From the NCBI GenBank assembly GCA_029690005.1, contig CP121458.1, forward strand, positions 4,481,872 to 4,545,871: a stretch of 64,000 bases of DNA. The letters run 5' to 3'. Made by a program: the position numbers and the translations under genes. Positions within the stretch are counted from its first letter, which is position 1. Each line of letters begins with the position of its first letter. The stretch is from Prescottella defluvii (GTDB lineage: Bacteria; Actinomycetota; Actinomycetes; Mycobacteriales; Mycobacteriaceae). This document shows positions 53,425 through 64,000 of the stretch, piece after piece. The notes below the pieces were generated by a model, which was given only the letters and a program-made list of their open reading frames with translations, was not told the origin of the DNA and ran no database searches.

Positions 53425-54934
53425 TGCTGCGCCTCCTTGCGCGCTTCGTCGATCGCGGCCCGCCCCTCGACGGAATCCCACCACTGCCGGAACGTCTGCT
53501 TAGGCGGGGCCGGGATGTCGCGGGCGTCGGTCCACCCGTTGAGCGGCGGCGGCAGCGTCGAGATCTTGCCCTTCTTCCCGCCACAACGCGGCCGAGTCCG
53601 GCGGCCTTCTGCGCCAGCGTGAATCGCTTGGCCGACGACATCACCACGGACGCCGCCTTCATCGCGGCCGCCTCGGCTCCGAAGCCGGACTTCTGCACCT
53701 TCTGGTGCCGCAGCTCCACCAGCAGCGACGGGATGTCGATCTTCACCGGGCACGCGTCGTAGCAGGCGCCGCACAGGCTCGACGCGAACGGCAGCGTCGA
53801 GTTCGGATCGTCCTTGCCGTCCATGCCCGCCAGCTGCGGGGTCAGCACCGCGCCGATCGGGCCCGGATACGTCGACCCGTACGCGTGCCCGCCGGTGCGC
53901 TCGTACACCGGGCACACGTTCAGGCACGCCGAGCAGCGGATGCAGTTGAGCGCCTGACGCCCGACGCCGTCGGCGAGGGCAGCGGTGCGGCCGTTGTCGA
54001 GCAGCACCAGGTGGAAGTCCTGCGGGCCGTCGCCGGGCGTCACCCCCGTCCACATCGACGTGTACGGGTTCATCCGCTCCCCCGTCGACGAGCGCGGCAG
54101 CAGCTGCAGGAACACCTCGAGGTCCCGGTACGTGGGGATCACCTTCTCGATGCCCATCACGGTGATCAGCGTCTGCGGCAGCGTCAGGCACATGCGGCCG
54201 TTGCCCTCGGATTCGACGACGCCGAGGGTGCCGGTCTCGGCGATGCCGAAGTTGGCGCCCGAGATCGCCACCGGCACCGTCATGAACTTGTGCCGCAAGA
54301 ACTTCCGCGCCGCGGCCGCGAGGTGCTTGGGATTGTCGTCCAGCTCCGGATCGACGTCGGCCATCTCGCGCAGGAAGATCTCGCGGATCTCCGACCGGTT
54401 GCGGTGGATCGCCGGCACCAGGATGTGCGAGGGCTTGTCGTGACCCAGCTGGACGATCAGCTCCGCCAGGTCGGTCTCGTAGGCGTGGATCCCGTTCGCC
54501 TCGAGGTGCTCGTTGAGCTCGATCTCCTGCGTGGCCATCGACTTGACCTTGATGACCTCGTCGGAGCCGGTGGCCCGCACCAGCTCGGTGACGATCGCGT
54601 TGGCTTCGTTCGCGTCGGCCGCCCAGTGCACGGTGCCCCCGCGCGCGGTCACCGCAGCCTCGAGCTGGTCGAGCAGCTCCGGCAGCCGGCCCATGACGTC
54701 GGTCTTGACGGCCGACCCGGCGTCGCGCAGGTCCTCCCAGTCCGGCAGCTCGCCCGTCACGTTCAGCCGCTTGGCGCGGATCGTGTGGGTGGCCTTGCCG
54801 ATGTTGCGGCGCAGCTGGGCATTGGCCAGCTCGTGGTGCGCGGCGGCCGGGAACTTCTCCTGCCCGCGAAGGAACCCGACGCCCTTGGGGGCGCGCGGCG
54901 GGAAGGCCGGCAGGCCCAGAGACACCTCGCTCAT
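53421..54934 (-). CDS. lutB: Lactate utilisation iron-sulfur protein LutB (4Fe-4S ferredoxin-type, DUF162), copy 1, one frameshift near 53585
   Basis: [40 protein letters not shown]...LCGACYDACPVKIDIPSLLVELR. ATG overlaps the lutA stop. Confidence 0.8.
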
Positions 54935-55698
54935 GCGGTCACCTCCATGCTCTCCGTCGACGCCAGGATCTCGGCCAGGTGGATCGTCCGCGTACCCATC
55001 TGCAGCCGGGACATGCCGCCGCCGATGTGCATCAGGCAGGACGAGTCACTGGCGGAACAGAATTCGGCGCCGGTGTCGGCGACGTTGCGGATCTTGTCGG
55101 CCAGCATCGCGGTCGACGTCTCGGCGTTCTTGATCGCGAACGTGCCGCCGAACCCACAACACGAGTCCGCCTCCGGCAGCTCGACCAGGTCGATCTCACG
55201 GACCGCCCGCAGCAACTGCAGCGGCTTGTCCGCGACCCCGAGCATCCGCAGGGAATGGCACGTCGGGTGATAGGTGACCCGGTGCGGGAAGTACGCGCCG
55301 ACGTCGGTCACACCGAGCACATCGACCAGCAGCTCCGACAGCTCGTACGTCTTCGCCTTCACCGTCTCGACCCGGCCGCACAGCGCGGTAGTCCCGTACC
55401 GCGAGGCGACGATCTCGTGCTGGTGCCGCACCGACCCCACGCACGACCCCGACGGCGCGACCACCGCGTCGATCGAACCGTCCCCGAACGTGTCGGCGAA
55501 GTTCTCCACCAGCGGCAGCGCGTCGGGCTGGTAGCCGGTGTTCACGTGCATCTGTCCGCAGCACGTCTGGCCAGGCGGGAACACCACCTCATGGCCCAAC
55601 CGGGTAAGCAGCAGGGCAGTCGCTCGAGGAGCATTCGGGAACATCGTGTCCCCCATGCACGTGGCGAACATCGCGATTCGCATGCGGATCTCCGGCAT
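54931..55698 (-). CDS. lutA: Lactate utilisation protein LutA (CCG-domain Fe-S oxidoreductase), copy 1
   Basis: MRIAMFATCMGDTMFPNAPRATALLLTRLGHEVVFPPGQTCCGQMHVNTGY...CHSLR...CCGFGGTFAIK. Intact. Confidence 0.8.
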   Translation of the reverse strand: MPEIRMRIAMFATCMGDTMFPNAPRATALLLTRLGHEVVFPPGQTCCGQMHVNTGYQPDALPLVENFADTFGDGSIDAVVAPSGSCVGSVRHQHEIVASRYGTTALCGRVETVKAKTYELSELLVDVLGVTDVGAYFPHRVTYHPTCHSLRMLGVADKPLQLLRAVREIDLVELPEADSCCGFGGTFAIKNAETSTAMLADKIRNVADTGAEFCSASDSSCLMHIGGGMSRLQMGTRTIHLAEILASTESMEVTA

Positions 55699-55702
55699 CG
55701 TC

Positions 55703-55829
55703 CGACGGTGTGGTCAGACCACAGTAAGCCATGGTCAGCGCGATGACGCAACCCACGCGGACTTCTGCACCAACTTTCGTCCAGACCTCGATTGTGACCC
55801 GAGTCATGGTGTACGGTCCCTGTGGTCTG
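55703..55829. promoter_or_regulatory. Divergent lutA1 / lctP control region with two LldR (FadR-type GntR) operator palindromes
   Basis: TGTGGTCAGACCACA at 55704-55718 and TGTGGTCTGACCACA at 55814-55828 are perfect 7-1-7 palindromes. Both match the TGGTCNGACCA LldR-type operator. Confidence 0.6.
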
Positions 55830-55896
55830 ACCACAGGACGGTCATCTGACGCCTCACACCGAGCCGCCCCACCCCGGCGCAATCCAGGAGTTTCAT

Positions 55897-57562
55897 GTGG
55901 AAACCGACATCCTCGCGGTGACCTTCACACCCGCGACCGACGCCGTCGGCGGCAGCCTCACCGCGTCGGCGCTCGTCGGCCTGGCCCCGCTGGTCACGTT
56001 CTTCGTGCTGCTGGCCGGCTTCAAGCTCAAGGCCTGGTACGCCGGGCTCGGCGCACTCGCCGTCGCGGCCCTGGTCGCGATCGTCGGCTTCGACATGCCG
56101 GCCTCCCTGACCGGACTGTCCGCGCTCCAGGGCATCACCTTCGGCCTCTTCCCGGTGATGTGGATCGTCGTCACCGCGATCTGGTTCTACGAACTGACCG
56201 TCGTCAGCGGACGCTTCGAGGATCTGCGGAGGGTGTTCAGTTCCATCGGCCGCGGCGACATGCGCGTGCAGGCCATGCTCATCGCGTTCTGCTTCGGCGG
56301 CATGCTCGAGGCCCTCGCCGGATTCGGCGCCCCCGTCGCGATCACCGGCGCGATGCTCCTCGCGATCGGCATGCCCCGACCCGCGCCGCCGTGACCGTCC
56401 TCGTCGCCAACACCGCACCGGTTGCCTTCGGCGCCATGGCGATTCCGATCACCACCGCCGGCAACCTGACCGACATCCCGCCGACCGAGATCGCCGCCGT
56501 CATCGGCCGCCAGACGCCGATTCTCGCGCTGTTCGTGCCGCTGCTGCTGCTCTTCCTCGTCGACGGCCGTCGCGGCATGAAGCAGGCGTGGCCCATCGCG
56601 CTGGTGACCGGCGTGGTGTTCGCGCTGGCCCAGTTCTGGTGCTCGTCCCACTTCTCATACGAGCTCACCGACGTCGTCGCCTCGCTCGCGGGCCTGGCCG
56701 CCGCCGTGATCATGCTCCAGTTCTGGAAGCCGAAGACCCCCGAGGATCAGCGGTCCCAGGTCGAGCCCGAGCGCCTCGGCCCGTCGCGCGTGTTCCTGGC
56801 GCTGTTCCCTACCTGCTGGTGGTCGTGGTGTTCGGCGTCGCCAAGCTGTGGACCCTGGGGGTCGACATCCCCGCGTGGCTGGCCGGCACCGACCGCAAGA
56901 TCGAATGGCCCGGCCTGTACGGCAACCTGCTCACCGGCAGCGGCGCCCCGTCGTCCAGCGCGGTCTACACGTTCTCCTGGCTGTCCAACCCCGGAACCCT
57001 GCTGCTGATCTCCGGCATCATCGTCACGATCGTCTACTCGCTGTGGACCAGCGGTGGACGGTTCCGGCTGACGGCGCGTGACGCGGTCACCACGTTCGGG
57101 GTCACCGTGGTCAAGATGCGTCTGGCCATCGCGACGGTCGCGACCGTCCTGGGCCTGAGCTACGTGATGAACCAGTCCGGCCAGACCGTCTCCATCGGGA
57201 CGTGGCTCGCCGGCACCGGCTCGATCTTCGCGTTCTTCTCCCCGATCCTCGGCTGGCTCGGGACCGCGGTCACCGGATCCGACACGTCCGCGAACGCACT
57301 GTTCGCGAAGCTGCAGCAGACCGCCGGTCTGCACGCCGGCATCGACCCGACGCTGCTGGTCGCGGCCAACACCTCGGGCGGCGTGGTCGGCAAGCTGGTG
57401 AGCCCCCAGAACCTCACGATCGCGGCGACCGCCGTCGGCCAGCCCGGCAGCGAGCCGATCCTGCTGCGCAAGGTCGTCGGCTACAGCCTGGCGATGCTGC
57501 TGATCCTGTGCACGCTCGTCTACCTGCAGTCCACCCCGATCCTGAGCTGGATGCTGCCGTGA
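55897..57562 (+). CDS. lctP: L-lactate permease (LctP family), frameshifts near 56390 and 56810
   Basis: Multi-TM protein with LctP-like N-terminus. ...FGLFPVMWIVVTAIWFYELTV...AMLIAFCFGGMLEALAGFGAPVAITGAMLLAIG... continues in ORFs 55731-57008 and 56588-57562. Confidence 0.75.
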
Positions 57563-57605
57563 TCGGACTCGGACGCCGTCGCCCGACGGCCTAGGCTCAC
57601 GTGTC

Positions 57606-58337
57606 ATGACGTCCGAGTCCCCGACCACCGACCTGCCGACCGCACCGCACCCCCGCGCATGGGAGCAGGTGCTCAGCAAGGTGGAGGAGATGATGGTCTC
57701 CGGCGACCTGCTCCCCGGCCAGCGACTCCCGGGCGAACGCACCCTCGCCGCCGATCTCGGCGTCGGGCGCTCGTCCGTGCGGGAGGCGCTGCGCGTGATG
57801 GAGGCGCTCGGGCTACTCAAGGCGCAGACCGGATCGGGACCGAACGCCGGCGCGATGATCGTCTCCCGCCCCACCGGCGGCATGACCCTGCTCATGCGCA
57901 TGCAGGTCGCCGCGCACGGCTTCCCGGTCTCCGACGTCGTGCAGACCCGTCTGGTGCTCGAATCCGAGGTGATGCGGACGCTCGCGCACCTGCCGTCGGC
58001 CGACCTGGCCACGGCCGTCGAGCTACTCGATTCGATGGACGAACCCGCCCTGACGGCCGACGAATTCCTGGTCCTCGACGCCCAGTTCCACGTCGCGATG
58101 GCCGATGCCGCGGGCAACCAGGTGATCGCGGCGACGATGGCAGGACTGCGCGCGTCGATCGAGTCGTACGTCGTGTCGGGTGTGGATATGACTGCGTGGC
58201 CGACCACCTGCACTCGGCTGCGCCACGAACACCGCGGCCTGGTCGAGGCCGTGACGAAGGGGGATGCGCCGCTCGCGCAGAAGCGGATCGTCGACCACAT
58301 CACCGGCTACTACGAGGGTGTACGCGGCGGCTCCTGA
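57606..58337 (+). CDS. lldR: GntR/FadR-family transcriptional regulator (LldR-like)
   Basis: N-terminal wHTH LPGERTLAADLGVGRSSVREALRVMEALGLL plus FadR C-terminal domain. Adjacent to lctP and the palindromes above. Confidence 0.75.
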   Translation: MTSESPTTDLPTAPHPRAWEQVLSKVEEMMVSGDLLPGQRLPGERTLAADLGVGRSSVREALRVMEALGLLKAQTGSGPNAGAMIVSRPTGGMTLLMRMQVAAHGFPVSDVVQTRLVLESEVMRTLAHLPSADLATAVELLDSMDEPALTADEFLVLDAQFHVAMADAAGNQVIAATMAGLRASIESYVVSGVDMTAWPTTCTRLRHEHRGLVEAVTKGDAPLAQKRIVDHITGYYEGVRGGS

Positions 58338-58451
58338 GATACGACGAATCATCCAGCACCACAAGATGAAAGCGACGGGGCTCGCGTCCGACATGGACGC
58401 GAGCCCCTACCCCTTGGTCCGCAGGCGTGCCGGCCCGCGCGGCGACCGATG

Positions 58452-58565
58452 CTACCCCTGCAGTGCAGCGGCGACCGTGGCCACAGCGCCGATGAGGCCG
58501 AGGACTGCGCCCGCGAGGCCGGCGAACATGCTGATCTGGTTGAGGTCATTGGTGGACGAACCCAT
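58452..58565 (-). CDS. Possible small membrane protein (Gly-zipper helix)
   Basis: MGSSTNDLNQISMFAGLAGAVLGLIGAVATVAAALQG. Short. Confidence 0.25.
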   Translation of the reverse strand: MGSSTNDLNQISMFAGLAGAVLGLIGAVATVAAALQG

Positions 58566-59520
58566 GGTGATACTCCTTTTGTGTGTCGGGTCAGTGTGAC
58601 CCTTCATCGATGCGTGTCCTGGTGGCCGCCGCGAGGCAGGCCATTCCGATCGGTACTCGGGGCGCGACCCCTCTAGCTCATGCGTCTCCTTCGAAGTCAT
58701 CGGACAACAAGCTCGATCAGGCCGGATCGGTCAATCACATTGGGTAACAGCCCATTGCGCTGGCCGGCCATGTCACCCACCCGGTGACCGGCCTGGGTGG
58801 GCGCCGATCAGGCAGCGCGAACGTGCCCGCCGAGGGAGGCGGTGACAACCGCTGTCGGCGTGTACGACGCGGCGAGATTGGCCCGCTCCTGAGGGGTCAG
58901 GTTTCGACGGGCCCAGAAGCGGCGCCAAGCGTCGACGAACACCGATCCCCGGGCCAGCGGTGCACGGTAGGTGAGGACAACAGCCATGATGGTCTCCAGT
59001 CGGGACAGGACCCATGGCGCGGACGGAGCCGCCACACGACCGCACCCGACTGCACCGATAGCGTTGCAGCCGAACAGATTGAGTGCGAGGTCGCCGAACT
59101 CAGGCAGCCGAAACCGAGCCGCGATCGGGTCGGAACGAACAGGAAGTCGAACTCGGATACGGACTATCAGACGGACTCATCTCGTCCCTCACCTCCTCAC
59201 GGCATGGACGCACGGGGGCGTCACCACGGTGCACACAGGGGAGGTACGCCCAGAACCGAAACGCTGGGCGGGCACCCCTCTCGTCAGAGCTTCGGCACTG
59301 CACGGCGTATCCGGCCGACCGGAAGCCACTTGGGCTCAACCCTTAATCCGGGAGGAGCTGTCCTGACCCGGGGCGTCTCTCGACGTTCGGGGTCAGTGGC
59401 CTGTGTCCGTGCAGAAGCCTCACCTAGCGAGGTGCTTGCAAACAAATGGTGACCACACGCGCCTCAGATGTCAAGCCGGACGGCGCAATCCGTCACGAAG
59501 AAATTTGCCGAGGACCGCCC

Positions 59521-60143
59521 TCAGCCCACGATCACGACATGCAGATGGCGAGGCCCGTGCACTCCCTGCACCCGCTCCATCTCGATGTCGACGGTCGCCG
59601 ACGGCCCGCTGATCATCGTGGTCGGCCGTTCGGGTTCGAGGCGGGTCACCGCCTCCGGCACCCCGACCTCGACACTGTCGACGGTCACCACGCACACGTG
59701 CCGGTCCGGCACCAGCGTCAACGCCCGCCGACCCTGGTCGGGACCGCCGTCGAGGAAGATCGTCCCGGTCTCGGCGCACGTCACCGCCGACGCGGTCACC
59801 ACCCCGTCCAGGTCGCCCAGATCGGGGGCGGGATGTCGGGCGCGTCGACGACGATCTCCCCGTCGAACCGGGACAGCCACGAATCGTCCAGTCCCGCAGG
59901 CACGCCGACCCGTCGGACGCCGACGTCGGCGAGCACCCGGGCCAGCGTCGCCGGCAACTCGGACGCGGCACACCGGTGCACATGGGCGTCGTAGTCCTCG
60001 AGGCGGTCGACGAGCAGGTCGATGCGTTCGGCGTCGGGCATCGTGCGTCCCACGCGGTACTCGCGCGGCACGTCGACCGGAGTGGGCGGGGCCAGCGTGA
60101 GAGCGCCCCGGATCCGCCGCAGAACCTCGTCGCGTGAGCTCAC
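59521..60143 (-). CDS. lutC: LutC, copy 2 (about 88-90% nucleotide identity to copy 1)
   Basis: [42 protein letters not shown] overlap with lutB2. Confidence 0.8.
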
Positions 60144-61653
60144 CGCCGCGCCTCCTTCCGCGCCGCGTCGATCGCCGCCCGACCCTCCGGCGAGTCCCAC
60201 CACTGCCGGAACGTCTGCTTCGGCGGCGCGGGGATGTCGCGGGCGGACGTCCACCCGTTGAGCGGCGGCGGCAGCGTCGAGATCGCGCCCTTCTTCCCAG
60301 CTATCAGTCGACCGAGTCCGGCGGCCCTCTGCGCCAACGTGAACCGCTTGGCCGACGACATCGCCGCCGACGCGGCCCGCATCGCCGCAGCCTCGGCACC
60401 GAACCCGCTGTGCTCCACCTTCTGGTGCCGCAGTTCGATGAGCAGTGACGGGATGTCGATCTCGACCGGGCAGGCGTCGAAGCAGGCGCCGCACAGGCTC
60501 GACGCGAATGGCAGCGTCGAGTTGGGGTCGTCGGCGCCCTCCATCCCGGTGAGCTGCGGGGTCAGCACCGCCCAATCGGCCCCGGGTACGTGGAGCCGTA
60601 CGCGTGGCCACCGGTGTGCTCGTAGACGGGGCACACGTTCAGGCACGCCGAGCAGCGGATGCACTTGAGCGCCTGCCGACCGATCGCATCGGCGAGGGCG
60701 GCGGTGCGGCCGTTGTCGAGCAGCACCAGGTGGAAGTTCTGCGGCCCGTCACCGGGGGTGACACCGGTCCACATCGACGTGTACGGGTTCATCCGCTCGC
60801 CGGTGGACGAGCGCGGCAGCAGTTGCAGGAACACCTCCAGGTCGGCGTACGTCGGGATGATCTTCTCGATGCCCATGACGGTGATGAGCGTCTGCGGCAG
60901 CGTGATGCACATCCGCCCGTTGCCCTCCGACTCGACGACGCCGAGGGTGCCGGTCTCGGCGATGCCGAAGTTGGTTCCGGAGATCGCCACCGGGACGGTC
61001 ATGAACTTGTGCCGCAGGAACTTTCGGGATGCCGCGGCCAGGTGCTGCGGGTCGTCGTCGAGATCGGGGTCCACACCGTCCATCTCGCGCAGGAAGATCT
61101 CCCGGATCTCCGCGCGGTTACGGTGGATCGCGGGGACCAGGATGTGCGACGGGCGGTCGTGCCCCAGCTGCACGATCAGCTCCGCCAGGTCGGTCTCGTA
61201 GGCGTGGATGCCGTGCTGCTCCAGATACTCGTTGAGACCGATCTCCTGCGTGGCCATCGACTTCACCTTGATGACCTCGTCGGAGCCGGTCTCCTGCACC
61301 AGCTCGGTCACGATCGCGTTGGCCTCGATCGCGTCCGCCGCCCAGTGCACCACGCCGCCCCGCGCGGTCACCGCGGCCTCGAACTGCTCGAGCAGCTCCG
61401 GCAGCCTGTTCAACGCGTCGACCTTGATCGCCGATCCCGCGTCGCGCAGGGCCTGCCAGTCCGGCAGCTCGCCGGTGACCTCGAGCCGCTTGGCCCGAAT
61501 GGTGTGCGTGGCCTTGCCGATGTTGCGGCGCAGCTGCGGATTCGCGAGTTCGTGGCGCGCCGCCTCCGGGAACGTCTCGTCGCCGCGGAGGAACCCGACG
61601 TCGTCGGGGGCGCGGGGCGGGAACTCCGGGATGCCGAGACCGACGGCGGTCAT
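60140..61653 (-). CDS. lutB: LutB, copy 2, frameshifted near 60590
   Basis: [31 protein letters not shown]... / ...[50 protein letters not shown]. Confidence 0.75.
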
Positions 61654-62410
61654 GTCGCCGCCCCTGCCGGAACCCGGGATTCGGCCGATGCGAGGATCTC
61701 CGCCAGATGAATCGTCCGAGCCCCCATCCGCAGCCGGGACATGCCGCCGCCGATGTGCATGAGGCACGACGAGTCACTGGCACAACAGAACTCGGCACCC
61801 GTATCGCCGATATTGCGGATCTTGTCCGCGAGCATCGCGGTCGACGTCTCGGCGTTCTTGATCGCGAACGTGCCGCCGAACCCACAACACGAGTCGGCCG
61901 CCGGCAGCTCGACCAGGTCGATCTCGCGGACCGCCCGCAGCAACTGCAGCGGCTTGTCCCGACGCCGAGCATGCGCAGGGAGTGGCACGTCGGGTGATAG
62001 GTGACCCGGTGCGGGAAGTAGGCGCCGACGTCGGTCACACCGAGCACATCGACCAGCAGCTCGGACAGCTCGTACGTCTTCGCCTTCACGGTTTCCACGC
62101 GATCGCACAGTGCGGTGGTCCCGTACCGGGCGGCGACGATCTCGTGCTGGTGCCGGACCGACCCGACGCACGACCCGGACGGCGCGACCACCGCGTCGAT
62201 GGCTGCGTCCCCGAAGCTGTCGGCGTAGTTCTCCACGAGCGGCAGCGCGTCGGGCTGATAGCCGGTGTTGACATGCATCTGCCCGCAACACGTCTGCCCG
62301 GGAGGGAACACCACCTCGTGCCCGAGGCGGGTGAGCAGGATCGCGGTCGACTTGGACGCCTCGGGAAAGAGCGTGTCGCCGATGCACGTCGCGAACAGGG
62401 CAATTCGCAT
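61650..62410 (-). CDS. lutA: LutA, copy 2, frameshift near 61960
   Basis: MRIALFATCIGDTLFPEASKSTAILLTRLGHEVVFPPGQTCCGQMHVNTGY. C-terminal half ...REIDLVELPAADSCCGFGGTFAIKNAE... lies in another frame. Confidence 0.75.
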
Positions 62411-62560
62411 GTGACCTCCCGCAGTCGGTCTGTAGCAATCACGCTATCGCCGATCCGACGGCGGCGCCCGAGTACCGCGGAAGTCGGCCCCCGAACCACA
62501 GCTGAAGGGACCCGTCGTCCGCCGGCAGCGCATGAAGGTTCCCTTCAGCTGGGCGCGGGA

Positions 62561-63070
62561 TCAGGCGAGCGCGCGGCGCATCAGGTCCGCGACCACCGGA
62601 TCGAACGCGACGAGCATGACGATCGCGACGTCCGTCGGGGTGGACCGGACCGCGGTGACGGCCTGCATCACGGCGTCGGCGGTGGGCCAGCCGAACGCGC
62701 CCGCCGAAATGAGCGGGAACGCGACCGTCGCGGCGCCGAGTTCTTCGGCGACCGCGAGGCTGCGGCGGTAGCAGGACCGGAGCACGTCGCTGCGGTCCTC
62801 GTGGCGCGAGTAGCGCGGCCCGACGGTGTGGATCACCCAGTTCGCGGGCAACTCACCCGCGGTCGTCGCGACGGCCGCGCCCTCGGCCAGGCCGTCGGGC
62901 AGCGTGGTCTCGCGCAAGGCGCGGCACGCCGCGAGGATCGCGGGACCGCCGCGGCGGCGGATCGCGCCGTCCACCCCGCCGCCGCCGAGCAGCGACGAGT
63001 TCGCGGCGTTGACGACGGCGTCCACCCGCTGCTCGGTGATGTCGCCCTGAGCGATGTCGATGACGGTCAC
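62561..63070 (-). CDS. Macro-domain protein (O-acetyl-ADP-ribose deacetylase / ADP-ribose-binding family)
   Basis: VTVIDIAQGDITEQRVDAVVNAANSSLLGGGGVDGAIRRRGGPAI...GAAVATTAGELPANWVIHTVGPRYS...AFPLISAGAFGWP. GTG start overlaps the ARH stop (GTGA). Confidence 0.75.
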   Translation of the reverse strand: MTVIDIAQGDITEQRVDAVVNAANSSLLGGGGVDGAIRRRGGPAILAACRALRETTLPDGLAEGAAVATTAGELPANWVIHTVGPRYSRHEDRSDVLRSCYRRSLAVAEELGAATVAFPLISAGAFGWPTADAVMQAVTAVRSTPTDVAIVMLVAFDPVVADLMRRALA

Positions 63071-64000
63071 GCGTCCTCCTCCGGTGTCGGGGCGTCGCCT
63101 TCGGCCGCGGTGGTCACGGCCAGGCGGACCAGGTCGTCCGCCCGGTAGCCGGGCCAGCCGTGCAGCATCCGGTGCCAGCGGTCCGGGACGGCGGACGCAC
63201 CCCACCGGGCCCCGAGCAGTCCGCCCGCGATCGCCGCGGTGGTGTCGGTGTCGTGCCCGGCGCGCACGGCCTGGTCCAGTGCGCGCCGCAGGTGGTCCGG
63301 GTCCGACGCCTCGCCCTTTTCCATTGTGGTGGTGATTGCCCACCACGCGGTGAGCAGCGCGTCGACGACCCAGCCGTTGTTCGGGAAGTCGGCCGGTGTG
63401 CCACGTTCGGCGGTGTCGAGCAGTGGCGCCCAGTAGCCACGCACACGCGTCGGCGCGCCGTCCAGGTACTCGCGGAGCCCGTCGAAGGTGCCGTGCAGGA
63501 CGGCGTGCCGGATCGCGTGGGTCCACATCTCGCACGCCTCGACGGCGCGCTCGTCGTGGTGGGTGAGCAAGCCGATCGCCCGGGCCGCCCGCACGCACCG
63601 CTCGGCGTCGTCGAGGTAGGCCAGCGCGACGAGCGCCGTCCGCATGAGCGAGCCGTTCCCGCCCTTGCGTCCGGGCAGCGACCACGCGATCTGCCGCATC
63701 TCGTCGGCCGAGGCAGGCCGCCGCGACAGCACCGCCGACGTCTGGTTCCCAATGTCGGCCGGACCGGAGTCGTACCACCGGACGAATTGCGCCGCAACGG
63801 CATCCAAACCCGGGCCGGTGGAGATGTCCGCTCCGGTCGCCGCGACCTCGGCGATCGCGACAGCCATCGAGGTGTCGTCGGTCCACTCCCCCGGAGCGAA
63901 CGCGCCGATGCCACCACCGATCATGTCGATCACCGCGCCGGGCGGCGGCGGCGTGAACTCGTATCCGGCGCCCAACGCGTCACCGGCGGCGGTGGCGAGC
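63067..64000 (-). CDS. ADP-ribosylglycohydrolase (DraG/ARH family), N-terminus beyond window end
   Basis: GAGYEFTPPP...DDTSMAVAIAEV...GNGSLMRTALVALAYL...HHDERAVEACEMWTHAIRHAV...DTDTTAAIAGGLLGARWG. Confidence 0.7.
   Translation of the reverse strand, partial: LATAAGDALGAGYEFTPPPPGAVIDMIGGGIGAFAPGEWTDDTSMAVAIAEVAATGADISTGPGLDAVAAQFVRWYDSGPADIGNQTSAVLSRRPASADEMRQIAWSLPGRKGGNGSLMRTALVALAYLDDAERCVRAARAIGLLTHHDERAVEACEMWTHAIRHAVLHGTFDGLREYLDGAPTRVRGYWAPLLDTAERGTPADFPNNGWVVDALLTAWWAITTTMEKGEASDPDHLRRALDQAVRAGHDTDTTAAIAGGLLGARWGASAVPDRWHRMLHGWPGYRADDLVRLAVTTAAEGDAPTPEEDA

Noticed and set aside
58784-59452. 222-aa + ORF between lldR and lutC2
   Set aside because: Low-complexity, no motifs. Region more likely non-coding, with small hairpins near 59330-59390. 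A 58-aa minus ORF (58808-58984) is also unsupported.
62561-63886. 441-aa minus ORF spanning macro and ARH genes in an alternate frame
   Set aside because: Arg-rich alternate-frame read-through. The real genes are the macro domain (62561-63070) and the ARH (63067 onward) in their own frames.
1-64000. CRISPR arrays, tRNA or rRNA genes
   Set aside because: No direct-repeat/spacer periodicity and no tRNA-like cloverleaf candidates noticed by eye. Absence is not proven without a scan.

Overview
High-GC actinobacterial (Rhodococcus/Gordonia/Mycobacterium-like) chromosomal segment dominated by a defence island. A complete type 2 BREX / Pgl system runs in its canonical order on the + strand (3.3-27.2 kb): pglW, pglX, pglY, pglZ, brxD, brxHI. 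It is preceded by the 3' end of a large helicase-domain gene. It is followed by a DUF2075 ATPase and two convergent PUA-like/HNH nucleases that look like type IV restriction enzymes. The BREX operon is split between pglX and pglY by an AT-richer cassette of about 6 kb (11.1-17.2 kb). The cassette carries three intact genes: a membrane-anchored SepF-domain protein, a tandem-SLATT/DUF4231-like 4TM protein, and a convergent NACHT/STAND NTPase with an unknown N-domain, HEAT repeats and a C-terminal zinc ribbon. This cassette is the best candidate for an undescribed system. The rest of the window holds housekeeping and accessory genes: SPFH-NfeD; a SIMPL protein; recC-recB-recD; a secreted Ig-repeat protein; an IS5-family element beside a perfect 27-bp x3 tandem repeat and a chimeric recC'-'lutC remnant; a WXG100-like module; two diverged lutABC operons around lctP-lldR with clear LldR palindromic operators; and a translationally coupled ADP-ribosylglycohydrolase-macro-domain pair. 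The high-GC genes (all BREX genes, recBCD, DUF2075, lctP, lutA2 and others) are riddled with single-base frameshifts, mostly in short homopolymer runs. The AT-richer inserted genes are intact. This pattern suggests homopolymer sequencing error rather than wholesale decay, but the sequence alone cannot prove it. Coordinates of frameshifted genes are reconstructed spans.
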